Assembly: GCF_004010195.1 (NCBI RefSeq) | Contig: NC_057718.1 | Span: 74,095,604-74,159,603 of the forward strand | Length of the DNA stretch: 64,000 nucleotides | Direction of reading: 5' to 3' | Origin: Chiloscyllium plagiosum | Lineage: Eukaryota | Part shown: piece after piece, positions 13,140 through 25,149 of the stretch | Numbering within the stretch: the stretch's first letter is position 1 | Layout: every line of letters starts with the position of its first letter | Program-made: the position numbers and the translations under genes | Notes under the pieces: generated by a model | Told to the model about the DNA's origin: nothing | Seen by the model: only the letters and a program-made list of their open reading frames with translations | Database searches by the model: none

Positions 13140-14330
13140 GTCTAGGAGATCATGTACTGACATGGATTTATGATTGGCTAACAGGCAGAAAACACAGTTG
13201 GAATGAATGTGCCATTGTCATTTTTGCCATGCTGTGACAAGTGGGTTGTATAAGGATCAGGGCTTGACGCTCAGCTCTTTAGAATGTGTTGGACATGGGG
13301 CCCAAATGTAATATTTTCAAATTTGCAATGCAATGCGAGAATGTGTTGTGAGAAAGTTGTAGATGATTCTAAGGTATAGTCATTGGGAGGAAAACATAAC
13401 AAATAGAATATAATGTGAAAAAATGTGATCTTACTCACTTTGGTAGAAAGAACAGTGATAAGAGCATTTCTTAAATGGTGAGAAGTTAAAAAGTGTAAAT
13501 GTGCAACAGGACTTTGGTGTCTTTGTCAATAAGTCACTGAAGATGAACATATACGTGCAGCAAACTATTGGAAAGCTATTGGAATGTCAGCCCTTTTGCA
13601 AGAGGATTTGAGTATGGAGTAGTAAAGTTTTGCTTCAATTGTGCAGGAATTTGTTTAGACCACACCTGGAGTACAGTGTCCAGTTTTGGTTTCCTTATCT
13701 CAGGAAAAAATATTATTACCATGAAAGGAATGCAATAAAGGTTCACCAGACTTGACCATGGGATGGCACAGTTTAAATTAGATTAGATTAGATTACTTAG
13801 TGTGGAAACAGGCCCTTCAGCCCAACAAGTCCACACCGACCCGCTGAAGCGCAACCCACCCATACCACTACATTTACCCCTTACCTAACACTATGGGTGA
13901 TTGTATGACACAGAATTTACCCTCTGTCTGACAACTGTGTCCTCCACACTGACCTGCACATCTTTGGACTGTGGGAGGAAACCGGAGCACCCGGAGGAAA
14001 CCCATGCAGACATGGGGAGAACGTGCAAAGTCCACACTGTCAGTTGCCTATGGCGGGAATTGAACCCGGCTCTCTGGCCACCGTGCCGCCCACTAAAAAT
14101 GAGAAGGATTTAGGGCTGGGATGAGTAGAATTTATTTTTATTCTGGGGATGGTAAATCTTTGGAATTATGCATCCCAGAGGACTGAGAAGCTCAGTGCTT
14201 GATAGATTTTGATTATCAATGGCGCAAATGGTTGTAGGGGTAGTGTTGTTGAAAGGCATTGAAGTGTTTTATCACATGATCATATTAAATAGCGAGTGGG
14301 CTCAAATGACTGGTCTTTCCCCCATGTTCA
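13140..14330 (+). mobile_element. Old CR1 fragment interrupted by a SINE
   Basis: Decayed RT C-terminal motifs, e.g. gaccacacctggagtacagtgtccagttttgg = PHLEYSVQFW. Confidence 0.75.
13777..14092 (-). mobile_element. HE1-like SINE carrying a foreign 49-nt insert
   Basis: (ttaga)n antisense tail plus HE1 body; segment 13900-13948 is not SINE consensus. Confidence 0.9.
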
Positions 14331-14585
14331 TCTTTTTCCCCACATTCTTTTAATTTTTAGTCGGTTATTTGAAAGGCATTTTATTTGACTAATCCATTGT
14401 CATGGGGGAGGAGGGGAGGGGGGCAGAACTGATGTTTAAGCCAATCTTGTTTCTTACTGCTTATAAGTATTTTCATTTTGACTATTTGATAACAAAGTTT
14501 TTGTACACTGGAACCATATAAGCACAAGATTATTTTTGTGTATTAGTTTCTGCCTATGTTTCACGTTTTGGGATGATTTGATTTC

Positions 14586-14893
14586 GATTTAGATTACTTA
14601 GATTACTTAGTGTGGAAACAGGCCCTTCGGCCCAACAAGTCCACACCGCCCCGCCGAAGCGCAACCCACCCATACCCCTACATTTACCCCTTACCTAACA
14701 CTACGGGCAATTTAGCATGGCCAATTCACCTGACCTGCACATCTTTGGACTGTGGGAGGAAACCGGAGCACCCGGAGGAAACCCACGCAGACACGGGGAG
14801 AACGTGCAAACTCCACACAGTCAGTCGCCTATGGCGGGAATTGAACCCGGGTCTCCGGCGCTGTGAGGCAGCTGTGCTAACCACTGGGCCACC
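14586..14893 (-). mobile_element. HE1-like SINE (young subfamily)
   Basis: Near-identical to the copies at 20633 and 57872. Confidence 0.92.
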
Positions 14894-14989
14894 GTTTTTC
14901 TTCAAACTATTGTGTCTCTAAAGAAAGCACTTTGCATCTAAAAAAACTAAAACAATATCTCTGGAAAGAAATGCACTTGCATAAGTTGC

Positions 14990-15251
14990 ATAATTTGGAG
15001 AAGCCGGTGTTGGACTGGGGTGTACAAAGTTAAAAATCACACAACATCAGGTTATAGTCCAACAGGTTTATTTGGAAGCAATAGCTTTTGGAGTGCTACT
15101 CCTTCATCAGGTGGTTGTGGAGGACACAATTGTATGACACAGAATTTACCCTCTGTCTGACAACTGTGTCCTCCACAACCACCTGATGAAGGAGCAGCAC
15201 TCCAAAAGCGAGTGCTTCCAATTAAACCTGTTGGACTGTAACCTGGTGTTG
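14990..15251. mobile_element. Penelope-like fold-back mini-element (family B) with a degenerate hammerhead core on each arm
   Basis: Inverted arms spanning 15042-15251; CTGATGA-AGGAG...CTCC-aaaa at 15183 (+) and 15082-15110 (-); flanking duplication ttgcataagttgc at 14977-14989 / 15249-15261. Confidence 0.75.
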
Positions 15252-15326
15252 CATAAGTTGCCAGCGTTCAATTAATTCTGAGTTTACAAACAATTTCACG
15301 AACCAGTATTTTGAACTTTAAATCTT

Positions 15327-15660
15327 AGGGCGGTTCGTTGGCTCAGTGGTTAGCATTGCTGCCTCTGACAGTGCCAGGGAGCCGGGCTCAATTCCAGCAT
15401 CGGGCGATTGTCTGCGTGGAGTTTGCACATTCTCCCCGTATTTGTGTGGATTTCCTCTGGGTGCTCCTGTTTCCTCCCACAACCCAAAGATGTGCTGGTC
15501 AGGTCAATTGGCCATGCTAAGTTGCCCATAGTGTTAGGTGCATTAGTCACAGGTAAATGTAGGGTAGGGAAGTGGGTCTGAGTGGATTACTCTTTGGAGA
15601 GTCAGTGTGGACTTGATGGGCCGAAGGGCGTCTTTCCATACTGAAGGGAATCTAATCTAA
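15327..15660 (+). mobile_element. HE1-like SINE (older variant)
   Basis: A/B boxes, V-domain and aatctaatctaa tail. Confidence 0.9.
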
Positions 15661-15715
15661 ACTTTGCTGGCATATCACCGACTTAAATACTTTGCTTGAA
15701 TACCTCAGAGACGTG

Positions 15716-15935
15716 AGCAGAAAATCTCCACTCATGATCCAGTGCAGCACCTAAGGTACTATGCGATCAGAGATGATAACATTTCATTTCAAATGTAAAC
15801 TGAGGCCCATCTGCCCTTTCAGTTGGACACAAAGGAACTTCATGGTGCTATTTCAAAGAGGAGGGCAGGATTCTTCCTTATCACCAGGGCAATATTTATC
15901 CCTGAACTAGCATCTCCATTCAGACCTGGAGGTTA
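15716..15935 (+). mobile_element. Deu-domain SINE remnant (SacSINE1/AmnSINE1-like)
   Basis: taaactgaggcccatctgccctttcag...catggtgctatttcaaagaggagggcagg...ggcaatatttatccctgaac resembles the Deu core as I recall it. Confidence 0.65.
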
Positions 15936-15959
15936 CATATTCATGTTTTAAATGATTGT

Positions 15960-17165
15960 TTTGTGCTGGTGTTCACTAGTGAGAGCGACAAGGGAGAAGG
16001 TCTATGATATTTTTTAAAATAATATAGACAGAGAGCAGGTTCTGAGTGGTCTGGCAGGCTTAAAAATAGATAAATCTCCAGGGCTGGATGATCCTAGGTT
16101 GTTGAGGAGTCAAAGGAGGAATGGCAGGGACATTTGCAAAAATTTTCAATTCCTCTCTGACCACAGGGCAAGTGCCGGAGGACTGGATGTCAGACATATT
16201 CAAAAAGGGAGCAAGGTATAAACTACGCAGCTACAGGTCAACCAGTCTAACCTTGGTGGTGGGGAACCTATTAGAAACAGTTCTGAAGGACTGAATTAAG
16301 CAAGAGCAGTGAGCATTATTTTGTCTGACCAACTTGATTGAATTGAGATGATCATACGTGTAGTTGAGGCAATGCATTTGATGTAGTCTGCTTGGACCTC
16401 ATGGCTGGCATGTTTCACAAGCCTATTCTCCTGCCTTCTCCCTGCAACTCTTGATCCCTTTACTAATTAAGAACCTATCTATCTCTGCCTTAAATAAACT
16501 CAATGACTTGGCCTCCTGCAGCAGTGAGCTCCACAGATTCACCAACAGCTAAATAAATCAGTGCATTGAGTTTAGAGGTCATGTTGCATCCCTGCAAGAT
16601 ATTGGTTAGGTTATTTTTGAAATACTGTGTTCAATTCCGGTCTCCCTGCTACACGGAAGATGTTGTGAAACTTGGAAGGGTTCAGGAACGAGTTACAAAG
16701 ATGTTGCCAGGGTTGGAGGGTTTGAGCTATAGGGACAGGCTGAATAGGTGGAGGCTGTTTCCCCTGGAGCGGTGGAGGTGTGACTTTAAGAAGGTTTATA
16801 AAATCATGAGGGGCATGGGTAGGGTAAATAGCAAAAGTCTTTCCCCAGGATTTTGGGAGTTAGAAACCAGAGAGCACAGGTTTAAGGTGAGAGGGGAAAG
16901 ATTTAAAAGGAACCTAAGAGGGTTCTTTTTTTACACAGAAAGTGGTGCGTGTATGGGATGAGCTGTCTGAGGAAGTGGTGGGGGCTGGCATAGTTACAAC
17001 ATTTAAAAAGCATCTGGATGTATATATGAATAAGAAGGGTTTAGAGGGATATGGGCCAAATGCTGACATATGCGACTAGATTAATTTAGAACATCTGGTG
17101 GCAGGTTTAGTTGGACCATAGGTCCTGTTTCCATGTTGTATAGTTCTATGACTGTATGACTCATG
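15960..17165 (+). mobile_element. CR1 fragments (RT N-terminal part and 3' end)
   Basis: dKSPGLD-like motif; LKYCVQFRSPCYTEDVVKLGRVQERVTKMLPG; ctatgact-type tail. Confidence 0.85.
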
Positions 17166-17169
17166 ATCT

Positions 17170-18840
17170 AAGTTCTAAAGGGTTTTCCCTTCACTCTGAG
17201 GCTGTGTCCCCAGACCCTAGCGCCGCCTCCTGGTGGAAATATCTTCTCCATGTCCACTTTATCCAGGCCTCTGCATATCTTGTAAGTTTCAAAGAATTCC
17301 TCCCTGCATCTTTCTAAACTAGGAGTACAGAACAAGAATCCTCAACCATTCATCATACGACATGCCCTTCATCCCCAGGATCATCTTGTAAATATTCTCT
17401 GGATCTTCTCCAATGACAGCACAACATTCCTGTTCATAATATTCCAACCAGAGCCTGATAAAGATCAGCGGTACATCTTTACTCTTGTCTTCTAGTCCTT
17501 GTGCAATTTTGGCATTAATTTCAATTGCCTTCCTAACTACCAACCAAGTTTGCATGTTAACCTTAAGAGGTTCATGAACTCTGATTCCTATGTCCCTTTG
17601 TGCTTCAGATTTCCGAAGACTTTCCCTATTTAGAAAATACTCTATGCCTCTCCTCTTTTTGCCAAAATACGTAACCTCACACTTTCCCACAATGTATTCG
17701 ATCTGCCACTTATTTGCCCACTCTCCTCTCCATTATCTGTTGCTTCGCCTGTCTTTGTGTCATCTGCAAACTTTATCAATAATGTCCGCTGTTCCTTCAT
17801 CCAGATTGTTAACGTATAACATGAGTAGTTGTGGCCCCAATGCTGATCCCTGCAGAACTCCACTATCACCAGTTGCCATCTTGTAAAAGACCTCTCTATC
17901 TCTCTTTTCTATTTTCTGCCTTCTGCTAGTCAGACAATCCTCTATCTGTGCCACTACATTGCCCCTAGCACCATAAGCTCTTATTTAGCATCCCCCTGCA
18001 GCACTGTGTCAAAGGTCTTTTGGAAATCCAAATTAATCAGATCCACTGACTCTCCTTTGTTTAAATTGCTTGTCGTCACCACAAAGAATTCTAACAGATT
18101 TGTCGGGCATGATGTCCCCTTGACATAGCCATGCTGACTCTGCCCTATTTTACTGTGCACTTATGAGTACATCACAATTTTACTTTTAAGAATGAACACT
18201 AAACTTTTAGCAACAACTGAGGTCAGGCTAACAGGCCAATAGCTTCCTATCTTCTGCCTGCCTGCCTTTTTAACAGGGATATTACATTAGCCACTTTTCA
18301 GTGCTATGGGACCACTCCTGACTCCAGTGATTTCTGAAAGATCACCATCAACGTCTTTGCAATTTCCTCAGCTATATCCTTCAGAATTCTGGGTGTAGTC
18401 CATCCCGTCTGATTATTTATCTGCCTTCAGACTTTTCAGCTTCCGCAGCATCATCTCCTGAGTGGTGGCCTCTACGGTTGCCTCTGCCCCCTGACTCTTT
18501 TGAAGTTCTGGTATGTTGCTGGTATCTTCCACTGTGAAAACTGATGCAAAGTACCTATTCAGTTCCTCCACCGTTTCATTTTTCCACATTGGGCCGCTGG
18601 AAAATGAAGCTGAAGTAGTAGCAATGTCCACTCCTGCCTCTCTCATCTTTTTGATTTCTTTAAAAGTAACTTGAATTTTTTTTATATTCCTTACTCTCAT
18701 CTTCTCTCCGCTTATTGCATTTTTAGTTACCTTCTGGTTTTAAAAGGCTTCCCGCTAATCTTCAGCACATTGTATGCTTTTTCTTTTGCTTTTATGCTGT
18801 TCCTGACCTTCCCTTCAGCCATGCTCATCTCAGTACTTTC
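17170..18840 (-). mobile_element. CR1 LINE ORF2 fragment (old)
   Basis: SGVLQGSALGPQL, IKFADDTK, LNRYFASVFTVED...LKSLKADK. Confidence 0.85.
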
Positions 18841-19380
18841 CTTGAAGTAAATCCAGGAGGCATGGGTTCACTGTTGGTTTATCTTCACTGTAGTAATTTT
18901 CTGTTTTTATATTCCATTCAAGGTAAGCTAACAGGACCTTGGTACAAAATAAACTCAAAATAACTGCAGATGTTGTAAATCAGAGACAAACTAAAGTCAC
19001 TGGAAACTCACCTGGGGTTGTCTTGCAGTGGCTAATATGAGCCTTCCTCAAAGTGCCTATCTGCTGCATTATGCCTCCCACTGGCATGGCTGGCTTGAGC
19101 AGCACAGCCAGCCTTCTCAATACAGTTCATTAAGAATGCTGAGCATGAATCCAATTCAAATAACTCAAATTAGAAAACAAGATTATTTAAACAACCTAAC
19201 CTCAGTAGTATAACAAATCAAGTGCTGACAACATATATTTGTATTGAACCTGAGATTTCATTATAGTCCCATGAGGACTGAGTAGTTTTGTGCTATTAAA
19301 TGTATCAAATCTATCTGAAGATTGCAAGTTTTATTTTGAAAACTGCTTCCAGCAATGATGCCTCTTTCCTTGCTGCGCAG

Positions 19381-19472
19381 ATGTTTTTGTGAAATGCATT
19401 GGAGAGGAAGCAAAGTACGAGGGAGTCAGATTACTATTTGAAGGGCTTCAGCAGCCAGTGCTCAACAAACAG
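19381..19472 (+). CDS. SNX14: Sorting nexin-14, internal coding exon
   Basis: ctttccttgctgcgcag|ATGTTT...AAACAG|gtatgt; 92 nt, phase 1-0, frame-compatible with the previous exon; encodes (D)[30 protein letters not shown]. Not in the ORF track. Confidence 0.95.
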
Positions 19473-20632
19473 GTATGTGCACGGGTTTAGGGTAATGTCA
19501 CAAGTTGCTTCATATGTAGATTGCCAAACAATATAAGGATTGCAGTAGTGCTGAATGTGTGGAATATTTTTAGTTTATGCATTTTTAAGAACAGAATTAT
19601 GCGAGATTATTAATGCAATTTTTGTCATTTCGAAATCTGGAACAGAATTTTCCTCTCACCAGAGATGACGAGAACTGACAAGAAAGGGAAATAACTGGGT
19701 GAGTTGGCCCTGGAAAGGTGCTTTCCCCATCCTCACCAACTCAGCAAAATTATGCTGAGTGAGAATATCCATGGATGCTATCTCAACTTATCATCAATCA
19801 AAGCTCTTAAGTAGTGAATTAATTGCCACTTAAGGGTTTTGATTCAACTCCCCAATTACCTGCCTCCCAAGCAGCCAACAAAGATATTTGGCTGCCAACC
19901 TGCCAAAATTATTGGGAGAGGGGAAGGGTCCTTTAATTGCCTGAATATGGGAGCATTTGGAGACATAGTCTAGGACAAAAGACTGGTCTCTGAAAGCTAC
20001 CCCTTGCCCTTGACTCCCATGATGCCCCTCTCCCCATGACTTCCATCCCATGTGAAAAGTGGAAAAGATCTTTATCTTCTTGCCACTGAATTCCCTGTGT
20101 CATGGCCTCTGAGAAGGTAAAATACTTGCTCTTGCTTGTTTCACAACTCTTAATCAGAATGGGTGATCTGAAGAGTTCTTTAATGGTGAGTAAGCACGAC
20201 TTGTCATGTAAGGTTTCCTTCTTCTGTTCTGCGTGGCCAATGATTGAGAAGTGCTGAATGGAATAATGTGCCCTTTAATATGGTGCTTGTATAGCTTAAC
20301 TGGAAAGCATGTGCTTATAATCATGCCTCAGTATTCACAAGCCATCACAAAATGTGTCAATATGTAAAATCCCAATGAGCCCACCAAAACAACCAATTTT
20401 CCTGACTGACTGCTACTCAGATCAAAAGAAATTCATACCAGGTTTTGTCAAAAACAAAAAAAACTTAATGTAACACACTCAACTTTAACAAGTGAAGTGA
20501 ATAGAGAGGATTTCTAATTTGTAGAACTTAATCTACACCCATTCAAGACCCGAAACACACAGACATTCAATCATGATTAAGGCAAAGGATAAATGGTTCA
20601 ATATGCATACTGTGGGTGGTAAAATAGTGCAT

Positions 20633-20941
20633 ATTAGATTAGTTACAGTGTGGAAACAGGCCCTTCGGCCCAACAAGTCCACACCGCCCCGCCGAAGCGC
20701 AACCCACCCATACCCCTACATTTACCCCTTACCTAACACTACGGGCAATTTAGCATGGCCAATTCACCTGACCTGCACATCTTTGGACTGTGGGAGGAAA
20801 CCGGAGCACCCGGAGGAAACCCACGCAGACACGGGGAGAACGTGCAAATGCGACACAGTCAGTCGCCTGAGGCGGGAATTGAACCCGGCTCTCTGGCGCT
20901 GTGAGGCAGCAGTGCTAACCACTGTGCCACCGTGTCGCCCA
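20633..20941 (-). mobile_element. HE1-like SINE (young, full length)
   Basis: Complete head (gggcgacacggtggcacagtgg on minus) to tail. Confidence 0.93.
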
Positions 20942-22585
20942 CTATGGGATAAACAAAATTGCAAACATTAAGTCCAAGTTATAAGGTGGAAACTGCTTAG
21001 TTATTTTGACTTTAGTATTGATGACTTGCTATTTTCTTCAGGGTGATGATTGTTCTTCAGTTCAGGAGCTGATTAGGTGAACTTGGGTCTTGTATGAGTT
21101 CTTTGAAGAATTTTTGTTTTGTCTGTCTTCTCTGCGCACAGAGGAAATGAGGGATGAATTCTTTCTGTCTGCAGACTCTGAATGTTTCTTCTTTGCTGCT
21201 ATTGGCAGTTATGGTTTTTAAATGTTCAACCAATTAGTAGGCTGTTATGAGGCAGAATCCCTTCTACTTGGTCTTCAATTCTCCCTTTTATTCATTCTAA
21301 AAGTAACATTGTATTGCACAGCTTGACAATATGCAACCCGTGTTGTTTTTATTTAGCTACCGCAGTCCAACTTCCATTTCAATTTATGGTTCCAGAAAAG
21401 GAAATATGTGCTCTTTTCCATACCTTCATCTTTAAAGAAATTGAAAAGTGACTTTATATGTCTTTCATTATCAGGTGAACATGACACATGTAATACAGCA
21501 TTGAAAAAAATTACCCTCATTGTCCCTCATTCATCACTTGTTCAGAATGTAGGAGAAGAACCCTGGATGTGTAGTGATATTAAAGAGTTTGATAAAAAAG
21601 AAGGAAGCATATGTTAGGTACAGAGCCTTAAAAGCCAGGGAGGCCATAGAGGGGCCACAAAATATCTTTGGTTGATACGACAAAGAAAAATCCCAAGGCA
21701 TTTTGTATGAAGAGCAAGAGGATTATGCGGGGAGAATGCGGGTAAGTGGAGTTGAAATGCCCATCAGCCATGATTGAATGGCGGAGTGGACTCGATGGGC
21801 CAAATGGCCTTACTTCCGCTCCTATGTCTTATGGTCTTATTATCAGAGAGAGAGTGGGGCCTACTAGAGACCAAAGGTGCAAATTTTGCATGGAACAAGA
21901 GGTCACTGGTGAAGTGTTTCATGAATATTTCTCACCTGTGCACACAAAAGAAAAATAAATTGTTGCTGGAGTTTTCAGTTAGAATGATGAGGTTCTAGAT
22001 CATGTTGAAATTAATAAGAAAGTGATATTAGATATTTTAACAGGCATAGACCCCAGGGCCTGAATAGATGTATCTCAGGCTACTATGAGAGGCAAGGAAG
22101 GAGATTGATGGGGTCCCGGTGGCCACAGGTGAAGTGCCAGATGACTGAAGAAGGGTAGCAGTGATAGGTCAGGTAATTACAGACCAGTTATCCTGTCATC
22201 AGTAGTGGTGAAACTATTGGAAAAAATTCTGAAGGAGAGGATTAAACAGTACTTGGAAAGGCAGAAGTTGACCAGAAATAGTCAGCATGGATTTATTGGA
22301 GGGAGATCCTGCCTGATTCTAATTCAGTTTTTTAAAAATATGACTAAATATATTGATGAGGGCAGTGTAGTTGATGTGGTTTATATGGCCTTTGATGAGA
22401 TGCCATGTGGAAGTCTGGTCTAAACGTTAAGAGCCCATGGGATCCAAAGCAAGTTAGAGAACTGGATCCAAAATTGGCTGGCGAATAGGGGGCAAAAGTT
22501 GGAAGGTTGCTTTTGTGATTGGAAACCTGTGACCATTGGTGTACCACAAAGGTCACTGCTAGGACCCTTGCTGTGTACATTTACA

Positions 22586-22718
22586 GGTGAAAGTGAGGAC
22601 TGCAGATGCTGGAGATCAGAGCTGAAAATGTGTTGCTGGAAAAGCGCAGCAGGTCAGGCAGCATCCAAGGAACAGGAGAATCGACGTTTCGGGCATAAGC
22701 CCTTCTTCAGGAATCAAA
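22586..22718 (-). mobile_element. Solo Penelope-like pLTR (family A) with intact minimal hammerhead and 17-bp TSD
   Basis: Perfect TSD tgctgtgtacatttaca at 22569-22585 / 22719-22735. Confidence 0.85.
22678..22715 (-). ncRNA. Minimal type I hammerhead ribozyme motif
   Basis: Minus strand: GAUUC-CUGAAGA-A-GGGC-UUAU-GCCC-GAAA-C-GUC-GAUUC; core boxes intact, 4-bp helix II, palindromic ACGU in place of helix III. Confidence 0.75.
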
Positions 22719-22974
22719 TGCTGTGTACATTTACAACTTGGATGTGAATATAGAAGGTATATTTAATAAGTTTGCAGATGACAGAAAAACTGATGGTGTT
22801 GATAATGAAGAGTCCGGTATGAAGTGTTGATAGTGCAGTCTCCGGCTGCAATCCAATATTGGTCTAGTACATTGGGCAGAGCAATGGCAAAAGGAACTTA
22901 ATCCTGATAAATGTGTGGTGATGCATTTTAAGAGGCACAATAAGGGAAAGCTATAAGCAATGTATGTTTAAAAT

Positions 22975-23235
22975 CAACCATATTGTATTCAGTCTGGAGT
23001 CATGTATAGGCCAGACCAGCTAAGGACAGCAGTTCCCCAAAAGGCAACAGTCAATCAGAATTTTTTTTCTGATGATTGACAATGGTTTAAACGTTAGACC
23101 CTTAATTCTAGATTGTTACTGAATTCAGATGCCACCATTTGCCATGCCAGGATTTAAAACCAAGTCCCCAGAACATTACTTGCATTTGTGGATTGATACT
23201 CTAGCAATAATACTACTTGGCTATCACCTCCCCTT
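22975..23235 (-). mobile_element. Second tRNA-derived SINE family (old); related copies at about 24405-24550 and 24840-25110
   Basis: Minus-strand head gggaggtgatagccaagtagta...; the related copy has tggcctaatgg (A box) and gggttcaaatcc (B box). Confidence 0.6.
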
Positions 23236-23584
23236 GTTCAGTGTTATAGATGTGGTCTAGTTTTAGAAATACTTTGTTAATTTTATATTCCACTCCCATT
23301 GAAATAAAAGCCAGTTTTCCATTTGCGCTCTCTAATTCCTACTGAACTTGAGTGTTCTTTATTTGTATGATCTATGCATAGGACTCTCAAATCCCTTTGT
23401 GTTGGAGCTTTCTTTGTCCATTTAAATTACAATCAGCTCTTCAATTCCTACTTCGTATGCATGCAAGACAGTCTTTTCTTTTAGCATAACAGTGCTATAA
23501 TCCTTTGAAACTTCCTCAGACAGTGAGCCATAAATTTAAGTGCTGTACCTGTTACCTGTACCTGTTAGCACTGTTAGTGCTGTA

Positions 23585-23952
23585 CCTGTTAGCACTGCTG
23601 CCTCACAGCGCCAGAGACCTGGGTTCAATTCCAGCCTCAGGCGACTGACCGTGTGGAGTTGGCACGTTCTCCCTGTGTCTGTGTGGGTGTGCTCCGGTTT
23701 GTATATGGAGGATAGTGGGTTAGTGTAGTTTAGGTGGGCTTGGATCGGCGCAACATCGAGGGCCCAAGGGCCTGTACTGCGCTGTATTCTTCTATGTTCT
23801 ATGTGCAGGTAAGGTGAATTGGCCATGCTAAATTGCCCGTAGTGTTAGGTAAGGGGTAAATGTATGGGTGGGTTGCGCTTCGGCGGGGCGGTGTGGACTT
23901 GTTGCGCCGAAGGGCCTGTTTCCACACTAATGTAATCTAATCTAATCTAATC
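23585..23952 (+). mobile_element. HE1-like SINE with a nested CR1 3'-tail insert (about 23700-23803)
   Basis: SINE body broken by ...ggcgcaacatcgagggcccaagggcctgtactgcgctgtattcttctatgttctatg. Confidence 0.85.
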
Positions 23953-24567
23953 TTGCTCTGAATGGGCAATGTCCAGTTTTCTTCTAATTTGTTCTGCTAT
24001 TTTTTTCAAATGACATAAAGAATATCACCTTATCCTTTTCCTCAAATTTTGGTAGGGCCTGTACAAACCTTTCCTTCTAGACTTTAGATTATGACTGGGA
24101 TTTGGCCCATTGGAGCCTTGGTCGACATTTGTCTCTTTTTAACTGCATCATTTTAAGCTAGTATTCCCTATCTGCCTTATGAAATGCTCTTTCCTTCTCA
24201 TCTTTTTCTTGTCTGAAATTCAGATTCAATTCTTATTTTTTCACTTATTTCTGAATTCCTTTTCTATCTCATGCTGTTCTTTCTCCTTTCTTTCTCATCT
24301 TGAATTTTCTAACTTCCAATCCATTGGAGCAGTTCCAGAACTCAGAACAGTTTGTAAAATCATATCAATTAATCTGCTATCTCTGCAGCTGTCTCTTTTC
24401 AAACGTTTTTTTTATTTGTTCATGGGCTGTGGGCACCACTGACTTGACCAGCATTCTTGCCCATCCTTAATTGACTGTTGAGAGTCATCTACGTTGCTCT
24501 AGATTTGTTTTCTTATGACCAGGCAAAAATGGCAGATTTCTTTCCCTCAATAAAGTGATTAATAGAA

Positions 24568-24838
24568 GATTAGATTAGATTACTTACAGTGTGGAAACAG
24601 GCCCTTCGGCCCAACAACTCCACACCGACCCGCCGAAGCGCAACCCACCCATACCCCTACATTTACCCCTTACCTAACACTACGGGCAATTTAGTGTGGC
24701 CAATTCACCTGACCTGCACATCTTTGGACTGTGGGAGGAAATCGGAGCACACAGTCAGTTGCCTGAGGCGGGAATTGAACCCGGGTCTATGGCGCTGTGA
24801 GGCAGCAGTGCTAACCACTGTGCCACTGTGCCGCCCAC
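24568..24838 (-). mobile_element. HE1-like SINE with an internal deletion
   Basis: Tail and head intact; V-domain partly missing. Confidence 0.9.
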
Positions 24839-25149
24839 AAATATCCAAATTCCCCCAATGGCCAGGGCAGGATTTGAACCCAGGGTCCTGGGAACATTAC
24901 CTAGGTGTCTGGATTAACAGTCCAGTGATAGTACCATTAGGCCATTTCCTCCCCTTAGTTTTCACAATTTGATGGTTACATGGTCACGATTAGGCTAACT
25001 TGAATTCAAACTGCAGCATCTGTCATGGTGGGATTCAAACTCCACTTCACTGGACATTTGCCCGGAGTTTTGTGTTATAAGCTTTTACCACTGAACTGCC
25101 ATCTCCCCTAATTTACCCCAGCTGAGATCTTGGTCTCTCAGTGACCACT

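Larger units (their letters stand above)
21560..22970 (+). mobile_element. CR1 ORF2 fragment with nested insertions
   Basis: KLLEKILKERI...SQHGFIGGRSCL, WKPVTIGVPQRSLLGPLL, KFADD. Confidence 0.85.

Noticed and set aside
14610..14921. Recurrent ORFs containing DCGRKPEHPEETHADTGRTCKLHT as a protein family
   Set aside because: They are antisense translations of the HE1-like SINE, not genes
19640..21500. Possible DNA-transposon/MITE and solo-LTR remnants
   Set aside because: Repeat-like in character, but I could not establish termini, TIRs or TSDs
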